DNA of 64,000 nt from Psilocybe cubensis. Taxonomy: Eukaryota. How positions within the stretch are numbered: position 1 is the first letter of the stretch; every line of letters starts with the position of its first letter. The position numbers and the translations under genes are program-made. Positions 39,675 to 50,975 of this stretch are shown one piece after another. The stretch is from the NCBI GenBank assembly GCA_017499595.2, contig CM039001.1, forward strand, positions 2,728,001-2,792,000, read 5' to 3'. Under the pieces are notes generated by a model. It saw only the letters and a list, made by a program, of their open reading frames with translations. It did no database searches and was not told the origin of the DNA.

Positions 39675-40844
39675 ATGTCTGCGCCTCCACCATACGAAAC
39701 TAATCCAGATACGCGAACTTTGCCCGATGGTTGGATATCTCAGTTTGACAACAAGTATGTGGTCTTATCTCGTCTGGATCCGCGTTAGATTGACTTAGAT
39801 GGGATTGGATAGCTATAAAGCCTGGTATGTGTGTTTACGACGTTTGTACCGGTAGCTTACTGAGATGGGTACAGGTTTTATGTGAACACCAAAGCTAACC
39901 CGCCTGTGACGACATGGACACATCCTCTCGGACCCCCGCCCCCGGCACCCCAGCCACAATATGCACCTCCTCCCAATCCACCCCCGGTCAACTCCGGGTA
40001 CAATGGTGGTGGGCCGTACAATAACAACGGACCGAATCCAGGATTCCCATCCGCTCCAGGAGGCAGTGGATATGGGTATAATAACAATCAAGGTGGATAT
40101 GGAGGATATGGTGGCGGGGGATATCAGCAGCAGCAGCAGCAGCCTCCATATGGAGGTGGAGGTGGAGGGTATGGCGATCAGAGAGACTATGGGTATAGTC
40201 AACAACCACAGCAGGGAGGAAGCACAAAAACAGGCAAGCTTCTGGTTCCTTTCTGCTTTGATCTCGCATGAAACTGATGGGAGGTACTACACAGGCCTGC
40301 TAGGTAGCTTATTCGGAAAGAACAAGATTAGCGGTGGTGGTGGAGGCGGGTTTGGAGGTGGAGGTGGTGGATATGGCGGTGGAGGATATCCTCAACAGTA
40401 CCCTCAGCAGCAACCCCAGGTCGTCTATGTGCAACAGCAAGGAAGGCCGCAGAAATCTGGCGGCGGCATGGGAATGGGCGGGCTAGCGTTGGCCGGTACG
40501 TACTTGTCTTGGTCTTCTGACTCCTGTTCTTCTACTCCTGTCCTTTGGGCTTCTGGATTGCGTCCTTGCCTCGAATTGTCTGTGTTCTGGCTTCTGGGCT
40601 ATGCTTGGTGTTATATTTTTCTCTTTTTCCGGTGTCGATGTCCTTGTTTGTACTACTCTGAACTGACATCACGTTTATTTTTTAGGTGGTGCTGGTTTAC
40701 TTGGAGGAGTGCTGCTTGCGGACGCTATTGATGATATTGGTGACAACGGTATGTTTTGCGAAATCTAGACAACGATCGCTTAGGCTTATCTGCTTTCTCC
40801 GTTTAGACTATGGAGGTGATGATTTCGGTGGCGGTGATTGGTAA
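39675..40844 (+). CDS. Small WW-domain, Gly/Tyr/Pro-rich protein (Wwm1-like)
   Basis: LPDGWISQFDNNYKAWFYVNTKANPPVTTWTHP is split over exon 1, a 12-nt micro-exon (39813-39824) and exon 3; GAGLLGGVLLADAIDD...DFGGGDW* tail. Confidence 0.85.
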
Positions 40845-42350
40845 AGCGAAATATCGCTTTGCTAGACTCTGTTCAACTTTGAAGTTATAGTCTTGCTTTT
40901 CTCTTTGATTTTTGCGGTCATTTTTAGTTGCTGATGACCGTTGTACGAATTATTTTCTCTGTTTCACGGTTTCTGTCTATCTATCCAATCTATCGATTCA
41001 TGTCATCAATGGTACTACCTGTTGTGTTGTATTCTGGGCTTGTTATTTCCTCCTCCCATTTATTCTTGCTGCTTTCTTTATTTAGCTGATACCTACTACT
41101 GCAACGCCTTTATTTTTAAGGACCATCTGCATCCCTCGCTTTAGCTATCTTTCTCACAGTGTGCCGTCGTATGCATAGGTTGCATCCTTATCCATCATAG
41201 CTCTGCCTCATCTTTAGCAATCATCTATGACATTGGCCCTTCATCTTACATTACTATCTCTAGTTTGAGACACTTGGGATTGTGTTGAAATTGATATCAA
41301 AGTGATTCAAAGCATCGCGAACCGTGAGAAAGCAATCATCAATGCAACCTGTGTAGGTTGTCAATCTTCGTCTGTCCATCTGTTATCATCATCGTCTGGA
41401 CCAATGCGCCAACGCAATAGCATCTCTGCAAATTCTCCTTGCCGTCATGGTAACATCGCACATCTAGACGTGGTTTATCAAACACTGTTCTCTGTTCGGC
41501 GCCTAAAATCGCGCTGCTTTGCTATAATTGTAACGTTAATCAATCCGGATGGGGTCTTGGGCGGCGGCATGTTGGCGGACATGATCTTACACAGCACTCC
41601 CCCGGTTCCTGGCGCGTTTTTTTTTTGAAGGTCAATCTTGAAGCTCCGAACTGTGAGCCCCGACTCTACCTTTCGTGATTATTTGCGCGGTCTGCGCAGG
41701 GCGAATTTGTAGGAACTGGAGGCGACGGAATGTTAACGGAATGTGACGATAACATTAAATCATCCGTGTCGCTCCACGCTTGCCTGTCGATAAATCCCCG
41801 AGTGTGCTTTCTTATTCATCACGTTAAACTTAGTTCTAATTCTTGAAACTGAGTTTAAAGTTGTTGGTGGTCCTAGAGGCTTGTTGGCAGTGATGTCTTT
41901 TCATCCCAGTGCAGACTCAGGCCTCTTTTTACATGGATTGGTTTTGATAAAGGGATACTTGTTCGCATCTCAGGATTGAGGCTGACAGCAGGTCAGGTTC
42001 ATCATCGACAATTGACCGGCTAGAGACTGCCGATTCAATTGTATGTACCAGGCTGCAACATTGCCTTGCTGTCGGCGAGACATGGACAGGAACATCATCA
42101 CGGACAGGGCAAGACAGATAGGCATCTGTCCTTTGATCCTTTTTAATCTCATGATCTGCCGGGGGATATACTTCGATGAAAGCGGGTTATAATGGACAGC
42201 GGGGGTATCAAGCTTTACTTAAAGAAACGGATTGGCGTGTCTGTCTAGTTGTAACCTTCCCTGCTGCTTTTTTCTCTGGTGAGCGCGCTCTTGGTCGATT
42301 GTTTAAATTATCTGGAAAGAAGCTAATAACATTACAGACATCAATTTGAG

Positions 42351-45300
42351 ATGGAGACTGTTGTTGAAAATCAAGATTCGAGAGCCCTCCCTGAGGGATG
42401 GGTGCAGAATTATGAACCATCGTGAGTACTCCGGTGACTGTTCAGCTGCTAGTAGAATCTCATAGTGTGGATGCCTATAGGAAGCAACTCTGGTAAGCAC
42501 CGTTTCTCTGTACGCAAGGAAACAATCATTGACGCTGTCGTTTCCCAAGGTACTACGTCCAGATGAATGTCATGCCGCCTAAAGTCAGCTTCACCCACCC
42601 TGCCGATCTCGCACCGGCAGGCAAGCAAAAGTCGGCGTCGCCTTCGTCGTCCTTGGTGTCAGAGTCTCGCTCTGGGACCTCCGCTGCCCCATCCCCCCAC
42701 TCATCCCCGGTCCCGCTGGCGAACGTATCTCCTCAGCCCAAAGGACGTACCTCTGCGCAGGAGTTGTATGCCAGTTATTTGAACAAGACAATGCCGCCGA
42801 TGATCAACGCGTCCGGTCTGACCAGCCTGGCTGTGGCGTCCGGGACATCGCAAGCACAGGTGCAAGCGCAGATGGACGAGAGGCGATTTATGAGGACATC
42901 CCCTCCTCCCGTGTCGTCTGTCAATTGGGTGGGGCAAACTTCTGCATCGCCGCCGTTACGCGCACCGATTCCTCGGCCAGTCCCAGGGTCGAGACAGTTG
43001 CCTACGCCCCCTCATTCCTCAGATGAATCTCCTGTAACATCGCCGGCCCCATATCTGCAAACGAATTCAAACACTTCGCCGAATGTACAAACAACTTTTG
43101 GAAATGTGTCTATTAGGAATGGTGCTAACGATAATACTTCCAAACCCACTTCCCCTTTACCCAATGATGCTAATTATCAGCTGCATCGAGCTCAATCTCT
43201 GCAGACAGGGTCTTCGGTGCCAGACCATTTTCAACACGCGCACCAACGTTCACAGACCTTTGCTCCGGGGCAAACGCGACAAGTTGGGCATAATCCGAAT
43301 AATGTGGTCAGTAATGAGATTCCTGTTAATGGGTTGCGACAAACACCGGCCTTGGTCACACACGCTCGACTGCCTAGTCAATCCCCTAGTTTTACGACGG
43401 TTGCCACAAATCCTGTCGCGTCCACTGCACAGTCCCAACCCAATCGATCTCGCCATTATACAACTATCGCCACAAATCCAGTAGCATTTGAGGCCCAACC
43501 TCAGGGCAACCAGTCTACCAATTTTACCAACATGGCCACAAACCACGTAAACCAAATGGGCGCTTCACCGGGTGCGGTGTCTGTTGGTAATACAGGGGTG
43601 CAATCTCTCCCTACCATCCCTTTTTCGCAGACAGCAAGAGCCATGGGTCCACTGCCTTCCCCTCCGATGTCCCCTCCGAATAACACCTCTCCCACATTCA
43701 CTGGCACAACATTTGCGAACCCTACATTCAGTCCACAGATCAATTCAACCGTGGCTCGCCCAAAGAATCAACTCACAAACAGCATGGGTAAAATTGCCAC
43801 TAAATTGGCGGTCGGGGCCGCTTCTGGTTTAATATCGCAAGCCACTGGTATTCCCACAACAGTTGTGAGGTCTGTTTCAAATATAATCACCGATCCAAGA
43901 GTGACTGCCATGTTCAAACGGGCGTTTTCGAGGCAGAATGGACCTATTGGAGACAACGATTTACAAGCTGTTTTACAAGGACACCCCAATGCGAACTATC
44001 AAGGAGTTATTGATGCTTTGATAAAGCAACAACAGGAGTTCAACACTATACAGATGCAGGCTAGTATGGCGTATAAGCCAATTCCCCAGTCACCTGTCGA
44101 TTATCCGGCGTTGATTGCGGAGGTGCAGAGGTTGCAACAGCAGGCACGGGTACAAGCTCAGGCGGCACAGACTCAGGCTCAGATCGCGGCTGCGCAGGCA
44201 GCTGCCTCGCAGAGCACGTTAAATAGTCAATATCAGTCAATTGCAAACCAGTTAACCCAACAAATCGCCCAGCAGGGAATTCAGGCAGTGGCTACGAATC
44301 AGTCGGCGTATTTACCACTCCTGCAGGCGTATTTGGCAGCGCAGGGACAACAGTTGCCGGGTGGGGGGTTGCAGCAAGGACAACAGCAAAATGTACCGCA
44401 GGCACAGTCTCAATCGGCCACACAACAGCAAGTTCAAGTTCATGGTGCACCTCAACAACAACAGGCAGGTCAGCAGCAAACCCAGGCCGCTAACGGCACA
44501 ATTCAGCCGCAACAGCATCAGTCTCCGAACACATTTGTTGCCAATGTACCTCAGAAGCCTGTTCAGCATTTGTCCGTCACTGGTGGGACTTCGTTTGCTC
44601 CCGGAAGACCGACTGCCATTGGAGGAGGGCAAACTGCGGTATCCTCTGGGGGGCAGAGCCACCCACCTGGTGTACAGATACATGCACCTGTTAATCAACT
44701 CGCTGGCGGACAACCGCAGACCTCTGGAGTTCCGCCCCACGTTTCTGCAGGTCAAATTCACTCCGGTGCGCATACGTCTCAGAGCGCTGGGCAACATCCT
44801 TCGAATAACGGCCACCAGCAGCAAAATTCTCCCGCCGGTGGTCAACCTCAGACCAGCCCCACCCAGCAGAACAATGGGGGTCAAGGTGAAAACCCGTATA
44901 CGAAACTGTATGACCAGATCCAGGACGTGTACCAGCAAGTTCAGCAGCAGCAGCAGCAGCAACAACAACCATCTTATACTGACATGTCCAACTCGCTTTA
45001 TAATGGTGGAGTACAACAAAGTCCGCAACAACAACCGTCGTTCACTGATATGATTAACTCTGCATTCAATGGGAATGCACAACAATCGCAGCAGCAGCCC
45101 TCTTTTACGGATATGATCAACTCTACCTTGAATGGGGGACAACAACAGCCACCATTGCCCGATATGCTAAACTCTGTCCTTAATGGAAATGGTCAACTAC
45201 AGCAACCCTCACTGACAGATATGATTAACTCTGCTTTCAACAACGGCGGACAGCAGCCATCCTTCACCGACTATTTGAATTCAGCTTTGAACGGAGGTTC

Positions 45301-45595
45301 AGCTTCTACTCTTCCGGTATATGATACTTCGCTCCTGTACAACGACCCATCATCCGGTGGAAGCAGCAGTGGAATAATGGACAATCTTGTCCAGTCCTTC
45401 GCAAATACCTCTCTAGGGGGAAATGGCTCTTTGCAGACTGATACTTCGGGTTTGAACGGGTTTGTCAATGGTCTTACCCAGGGCTTTTCGACTGATCAGA
45501 CAGACCCTTCTGCCTTCAGTGCTGGTTTTGACCTTGGGTCGCTTGGAGATAGCATTGCATCTAGTATCACCAATTCCTGGTCAGATTCTTCATGA
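42351..45595 (+). CDS. Large (~1040 aa) WW-domain, Gln-rich protein with C-terminal QQPSFTDMINSxxNG repeats
   Basis: METVVENQDSRALPEGWVQNYEPS|KQLW|YYVQMNVMPPKVSFTHP (exon 1, 12-nt micro-exon 42481-42492, exon 3) leads into the 1010-aa ORF 42563-45595. Confidence 0.85.
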
Positions 45596-45793
45596 ATTTT
45601 TAGAAGAAATTCTTTCTTTTCGAAACTTCGCTCACGTTTTATAGTATTATTTGTGGATTCCATGGTTATTTTGGGTGTCTCTTTATTATTTGAAATCTTT
45701 TTCTGTAACAACCTATTACATTTTCCGAAATAAAAGAACTAGGTGCTGGCGTTGGACCAATCACGCTGCCTGTAAACATGACTCGATGCGGTC

Positions 45794-46132
45794 GTCTCCG
45801 CGACGCCGTCCTCCGACAGTGTGATAATAGTAAGATGAACCAGAAGACAATAAGCTGGAATATGAGGAAGACGAAGCTCTGGAAATTGCTGAATCGGACA
45901 AAAGTGACTTAGAATCTAGGATATCCGATGTAAATGAACTTGAAGAAAAAGAGGACCAGGAGATTATGATCGATGACGTATAGTGTGCATGTCACCTTTA
46001 AACATTTCAAAACAACGGTGCAGGTTCATGTTCAAATCGCGCCTTGGGCCCCAGAACTTCATCCATGTTGCGTACTGCAGCTGCAGAGCGTCAGTTGGCA
46101 CGTCAGCAAGATTGAATATTTCCAGGACCTGG
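45794..46132 (+). pseudogene. RAD16 exon-2 relic
   Basis: Aligns by eye to 51410-51734 (e.g. gctgcagagcgtc(a/g)gttggcacgtcagc); has indels and a stop; exon 1 is deleted. Confidence 0.9.
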
Positions 46133-46147
46133 CCCTCAGGATTTCCC

Positions 46148-46295
46148 GAACTGACATTACGTTTGTTCTTTGTAAGGCGTGCTGGTTTACTCCACCATAT
46201 GTTTTCCGAAATTTAGACAATGATCACTTAGGCTTATCTGCTTTCTCTGTTTAGATTACGGACTCGGTGATGATTTCGGTGGCCGTGATTGGTAA
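46148..46295 (+). pseudogene. Relic of the 3' end of the small WW gene
   Basis: Matches 40660-40844 (last intron plus ggtgatgatttcggtggc-gtgattggtaa) with an internal deletion. Confidence 0.88.
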
Positions 46296-47589
46296 AGCGA
46301 AATTTTGCCGCTTGCTAGACTCTGTTCAATTTTGAAGTTATAGTCTTGCTTTTCCTCTTGATTTTGCAGTCATTTTTAGTTGCTGATGACCTTTGTACGA
46401 GCTATTTCCCATGTTTTCCAGCTTCTGTTGTCCAGTCTTTCGATTCATATCATCAATGGTGTTGTTGTGTTTTATTCTGGGCTTGTTATTCTCCCCTCCC
46501 ATTTATTCTTGCTCCTTTAGCTGGTAGCTACAATGGCAAAACCTATGCATTTAAAGGCCATCTGCATCCACCGCTTTAGCTCATATCTTTCTCACAGTAT
46601 ACCAGGTGCATAGGTTGCGTCTATATCTATCATAGCTCTGCCTCATCTTCAGCAATCATCGATGACCATGGTCTTCCTTGTTCTTATTTTTGCTATCTAT
46701 ACGCTGAGAAGCTTCATCGGATTGTGTTCAAATTGAATTCAAAGCGATTCAGAGCATCGCGCTGGAACCGTGAGAAAGCAATCAACAAACAAACTTCGCG
46801 CCCTCTGTAATTGTCTATCTTTCTCTGGCCATCTATTATTATCATCATCTGAACATATTCCTGCACCAATGTGCCAACTCAAAAGCATCTTTGTAAACTC
46901 TTCCTGCCGTCATAGTAGCATCGTACGACAAGACGTGGTTTATCAAACGCTTTTCGCGGTTCGGCGCCTAAAATTACTACACGGGTGCAAACTAAATCCG
47001 GATGGGGTATTGGCTGGGTATTGGATTTGGGCGGCGGTATGTTGGCTAAAAAAGTTCCTGATTTCACACACCACTCTTTCCGGTTCCTGGCAGGACGAGA
47101 TGGTTCAAAGCTACAAACTGTGAGCCCTAGGAAGCGACGGAATATTAACAAAATATAACGATCACCGTATTAAATTATCTGTGTTGTTGCAAGGCCATTG
47201 CCCCAGCAATATATCCCCAAGTGCGCTTCTTTATTCTTCGTGTTAAGATTAGTTCTAAATTTTGAAACTTGCCTTGAGTTAAAAGGGTTCATCAGCGATA
47301 TTTACCCACCACTGATGTCTGCGGATTCAAACATATGCATTATGCATGCTGTAACATTGCCTTGCTGTTCGCAGAAACATCATGACAGACAGGGCAAGAC
47401 AGATACATCTGTTCTTGGTCCTTTTTAATCTTCATATTCCAATGAAAGCGTACATATATCAACTTGAAGAACCGTATTGAGGTGTCTGTCTAGCTGTAAC
47501 TTTCCCTGCTTTGCTCTTTTCTCTGGTGAGCGCTCTTGGTCGACTTTTATCCGGAAAGAAGCTAATAACAATACAGACATCAATTTGAG

Positions 47590-50500
47590 ATGGAGACTGT
47601 TGTTGAAAATCAAGATTCGAGACCCCTCCCTGAGGGATGGGTGCAGAACTATGAACCATCGTGAGCACTCCGGTGACTGTTCAGCTGCTAGCAAAATCTC
47701 ATAGTGCGCATGCTTATAGGATGCAACTCTGGTAAGCAGCGTTTTTATGTACGCAAAGAAGCAATCATTGACGCTGTCGTTTCCCAAGGTACTACGTCCA
47801 GATGAATGTCATGCCGCCTAAAGTCAGCTTCACCCACCCTGCCGATCTCGCACCGGCAGGCAAGCAAAAGTCGGCGTCGCCTTCGTCATCCTTGGAATCA
47901 GACTCTCGCTCTAAGAGCTCTGCTGCCCCATCCCCCCATTCATCCCCTGTCCCGCTCGCAAATATGTCTCCTCAGCCCACAGCGTCGTCTGTAATTTGGG
48001 TGAAGGATAATTCTGCATCGCCGCCTTTATGTGCGCCGATTCCTCAGCCAGTTCCAGGGTCGAGACAGTTGCCTGCACCTCCTCATTCCTCAGATGAATC
48101 GCATGTGACATTGTCAGTCCTGTACCCGTCAGCGCATGCAAACAATGCACCGAATGCACAACTAACTTTGGGGAATATGTCTTCTGGGAATGGTGCTAAT
48201 GATAATGTTTCCAAACTCACTCCTCCCTCACTCTATGATGTTAATTACCAGCTTCATCAAGCGCAAGCTCTTCAGCCGTGGTCCTCCTTGCCAGACCATC
48301 TTCAACACGTGCACCAACGTTCACAGACTTTCGCTCCGGGGCAAACGCGACAAGTTGGGCATAATCCAAATAATGTGGTCAGTAATGAGGTTCCTGCCTG
48401 TGTTAATGGGTTTCAACAAACACAGGCCTTGGTCACACACGCTCGACTGCCCAGTCAACCCCCTAGTTTTACGACAGTTGCCACAAATCCTGTCGCGGCC
48501 ACTGCTCAGTCCCAACCCGATCGATCTCGCCATTATACAACTATAGCCACAAATCCAGTAGCATTTGAGGTCCAACCTCAGGGCAACCAGTCTACCAATT
48601 TTACCAACATGGCTACAAACCACGTAAACCAAATGGGCGCTTCACCGGGTGCGGTGTCTGTTGGTAATACAGGGGCGCCATCTCTCCCTACCTTCCTTTT
48701 TTCGCAGACAGGAAGAGTCATGGGTCCGCGGCCTCCCCCTCTGAATAACACCTCTCCCACATTCACTGGCTCAACGTTTGCGAACCCAACATCCAATCTG
48801 CAAATCAATTCGGCCATGACTCGCCCAAATAATCAACTCGCAAACAGTATGGGCAAAATTGCCGCTAAAGTGGCGATTGAGGCCGCTTCTGGTTTTGTAT
48901 CTCAAGCCACTGGTATTCCGACGACAGTTATGAGGTCTGTCGGAAATTTCATCACCGATCGCAGATTAATTTTCATGTGGAAAGGGATGTTTGAGAAGAA
49001 GAAAAACCCCATTCAGGCCAAAGTCTTACAAGCTGTTTTAGAAGGAGACCCCAAAGCAAATTATCAAGGAGTTATTGATGCTTTGATAAAGCAACAACAG
49101 GAGCTCAACGCTGTACAGATGAAGGCTAGCATGGCGTATAAGCCAATTCCCAGTCACCTATAGATTATACGGCGTTGATTGCGGAGGTGAAGAGGTTGCA
49201 ACAGCAGGCACGGGTACAAGTTCAGGCGGCACAGACTCAGGCTCAGATAGCGGCTGCGCAGGCGGCTGCCTCACAGAATATGTCAAATAACCAATATCAG
49301 TCCATTGCAAACCAGTTAACCCTTCAAAATTTTCAACAGGAAATTCAGGCAGCGGCTACAACTCAACGTGCCTATTTGCCTGTCTTGCAGCAGGTCTATT
49401 TGGTAGCGCAGGGCCACCAGTTGCAGCAAGGACAACAGCAAAATGTACCGCAGTCAGCCGCGCAACAGCAAGTTCCAGTTTATCTTGCACCTCTACAATT
49501 GCAGGCAAGCCAGCCGCAAACCCAGGCCGCTAACGGCGCAATCCAGCCGCAACAGCATCAGTCTCCAAACACATTTGTTGACAATGTACCTCAGACACTT
49601 GTTCAGTATTCGTCCGTCACTGGTGAAACTACGTTTGCTCCCGGAAGACTAGCCGCTATTGGAGGAGGGCGACCTGCGGTATCATCTGGGGGGCAGAGCC
49701 ACCCACCTGTTAATCAACTCGCTGGTGGACAATCGCAGATCTTTGGAGTTCAGGCCAACGTTTCTGCTGGTGATATTCACCCCGGTGTGTATACGTCCCA
49801 GATCGCTGGGCACCATTATTCAAATAGCGGTCACCAACAGCAAAATTCTCCCGCCGGTGGTCAACCTCAGACCAGCCCCACCCAGCAGAACAATGGGGGT
49901 CAAGGTGAAAATCTGTATACGAAACTGTATGACCAGATCCAGGACATGTACCAGCAAGTTCAGCAGCAACAGCAACAGCAACAACAACCATCTGATACCG
50001 ACATGTCCAACTTGCTTTATAATAGTGGAGTACCACAAATTCCGCCACAACAATCATTGTTAACTGACATGAATAACTCTGCATTTAACGGGAGTGTACA
50101 ACAATCGCAGCAGCAGCCTTCTTTTACGGATATGCCCAACTCTAGGAATGGGGGACAACAACAGCCACCATTGCCCGATACTATGCTAAACTCTGTCTTT
50201 TACGGAAATGGTCAACAACAGCAATCCTCACCAACCGATGTGATCAACTCTGCTTTCAACAACGGTGGACAGCAGTTATTGTTCACCAACTATTTGACCT
50301 CCCCTTTGAACGCCGGAGGTTCAGCTTCTAATCCTCTAGTATATGACACTTGGCTTCTTTACGACACACCTTCGCCCGGTGGAGGCAGCGGTGGAACAAT
50401 GGATAATCTTGTCCAGTCTTTTGCCAATACCTCTCTAGGGGGAGATGACTCTTTTCAGACTGATACTTTGGGTTTGAACGGGTTTGTCAATGGTCTTACC

Positions 50501-50617
50501 CAGGGCTTTTCGACAGATCAGACAGATCCTTCCGCCTTCAGTGCTGGTTTTGACCTTGGGTCGCTTGGAGATGATATTGCATCTAGTATCACCAATTCCT
50601 GGTCAGATTCTTCATAA
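47590..50617 (+). pseudogene. Second copy of the large WW/Q-rich gene, frameshifted at about 49150 (recent pseudogene or sequencing error)
   Basis: Same exon structure as 42351-45595. ATTCCCCAGTCA in copy A is ATTCCCAGTCA in copy B (-1 C), splitting the ORF into 47802-49163 and 49175-50617. Confidence 0.8.
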
Positions 50618-50819
50618 CTTTGTTAGACAAAATTCTTTCTTTTTGGGATAAAAATTATACGCGCATTCTGTATCGCCTGTGGATTCAATGTCTCGAATGT
50701 TTCTTCCTAATTTCATTTTTCTGATGTTTTTGTAACCATCTATGTAATTTTCCAAACTGTTGGCGTTGGACCAAGTACTACTAGGTTTACAGCAGTCATG
50801 CCGTGTTAAATATGACTCG

Positions 50820-50839
50820 ACGCGTCAATAATAGCGCGT
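50820..50839. promoter_or_regulatory. MCB-like elements (ACGCGT, GCGCGT) upstream of RAD16
   Basis: Two CGCG boxes about 140-155 nt before the ATG; the first is mutated to ATGCGG in the duplicated dead promoter near 45786. Confidence 0.5.
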
Positions 50840-50975
50840 TACCATCAGCACTGCACGGTCCCGTGACGTTACATCCTCATTTATTAGTCACCTCTTCGGT
50901 TGGACCCCTGAAATTTGTTCTTTGTTCTTTCCCCCATCATTACTAGTATTGACTTTTTTCCCGCCTCTTCTTATT

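Larger units (their letters stand above)
40660..46132 (+). repeat. Tandem segmental duplication, copy A
   Basis: Co-linear similarity to 46148-51734, running from the penultimate intron of the small WW gene through the large WW gene into RAD16 exon 2. Confidence 0.92.

Noticed and set aside
44960-45300. CRISPR-like repeat-spacer pattern
   Set aside because: The repeats are degenerate, in frame and protein-coding in a eukaryotic gene.
49113-49163. Possible new intron (GTACAG...TATAG) rescuing the copy B frameshift
   Set aside because: Removing 51 nt does not restore the frame, and the donor and branch signals are weak.
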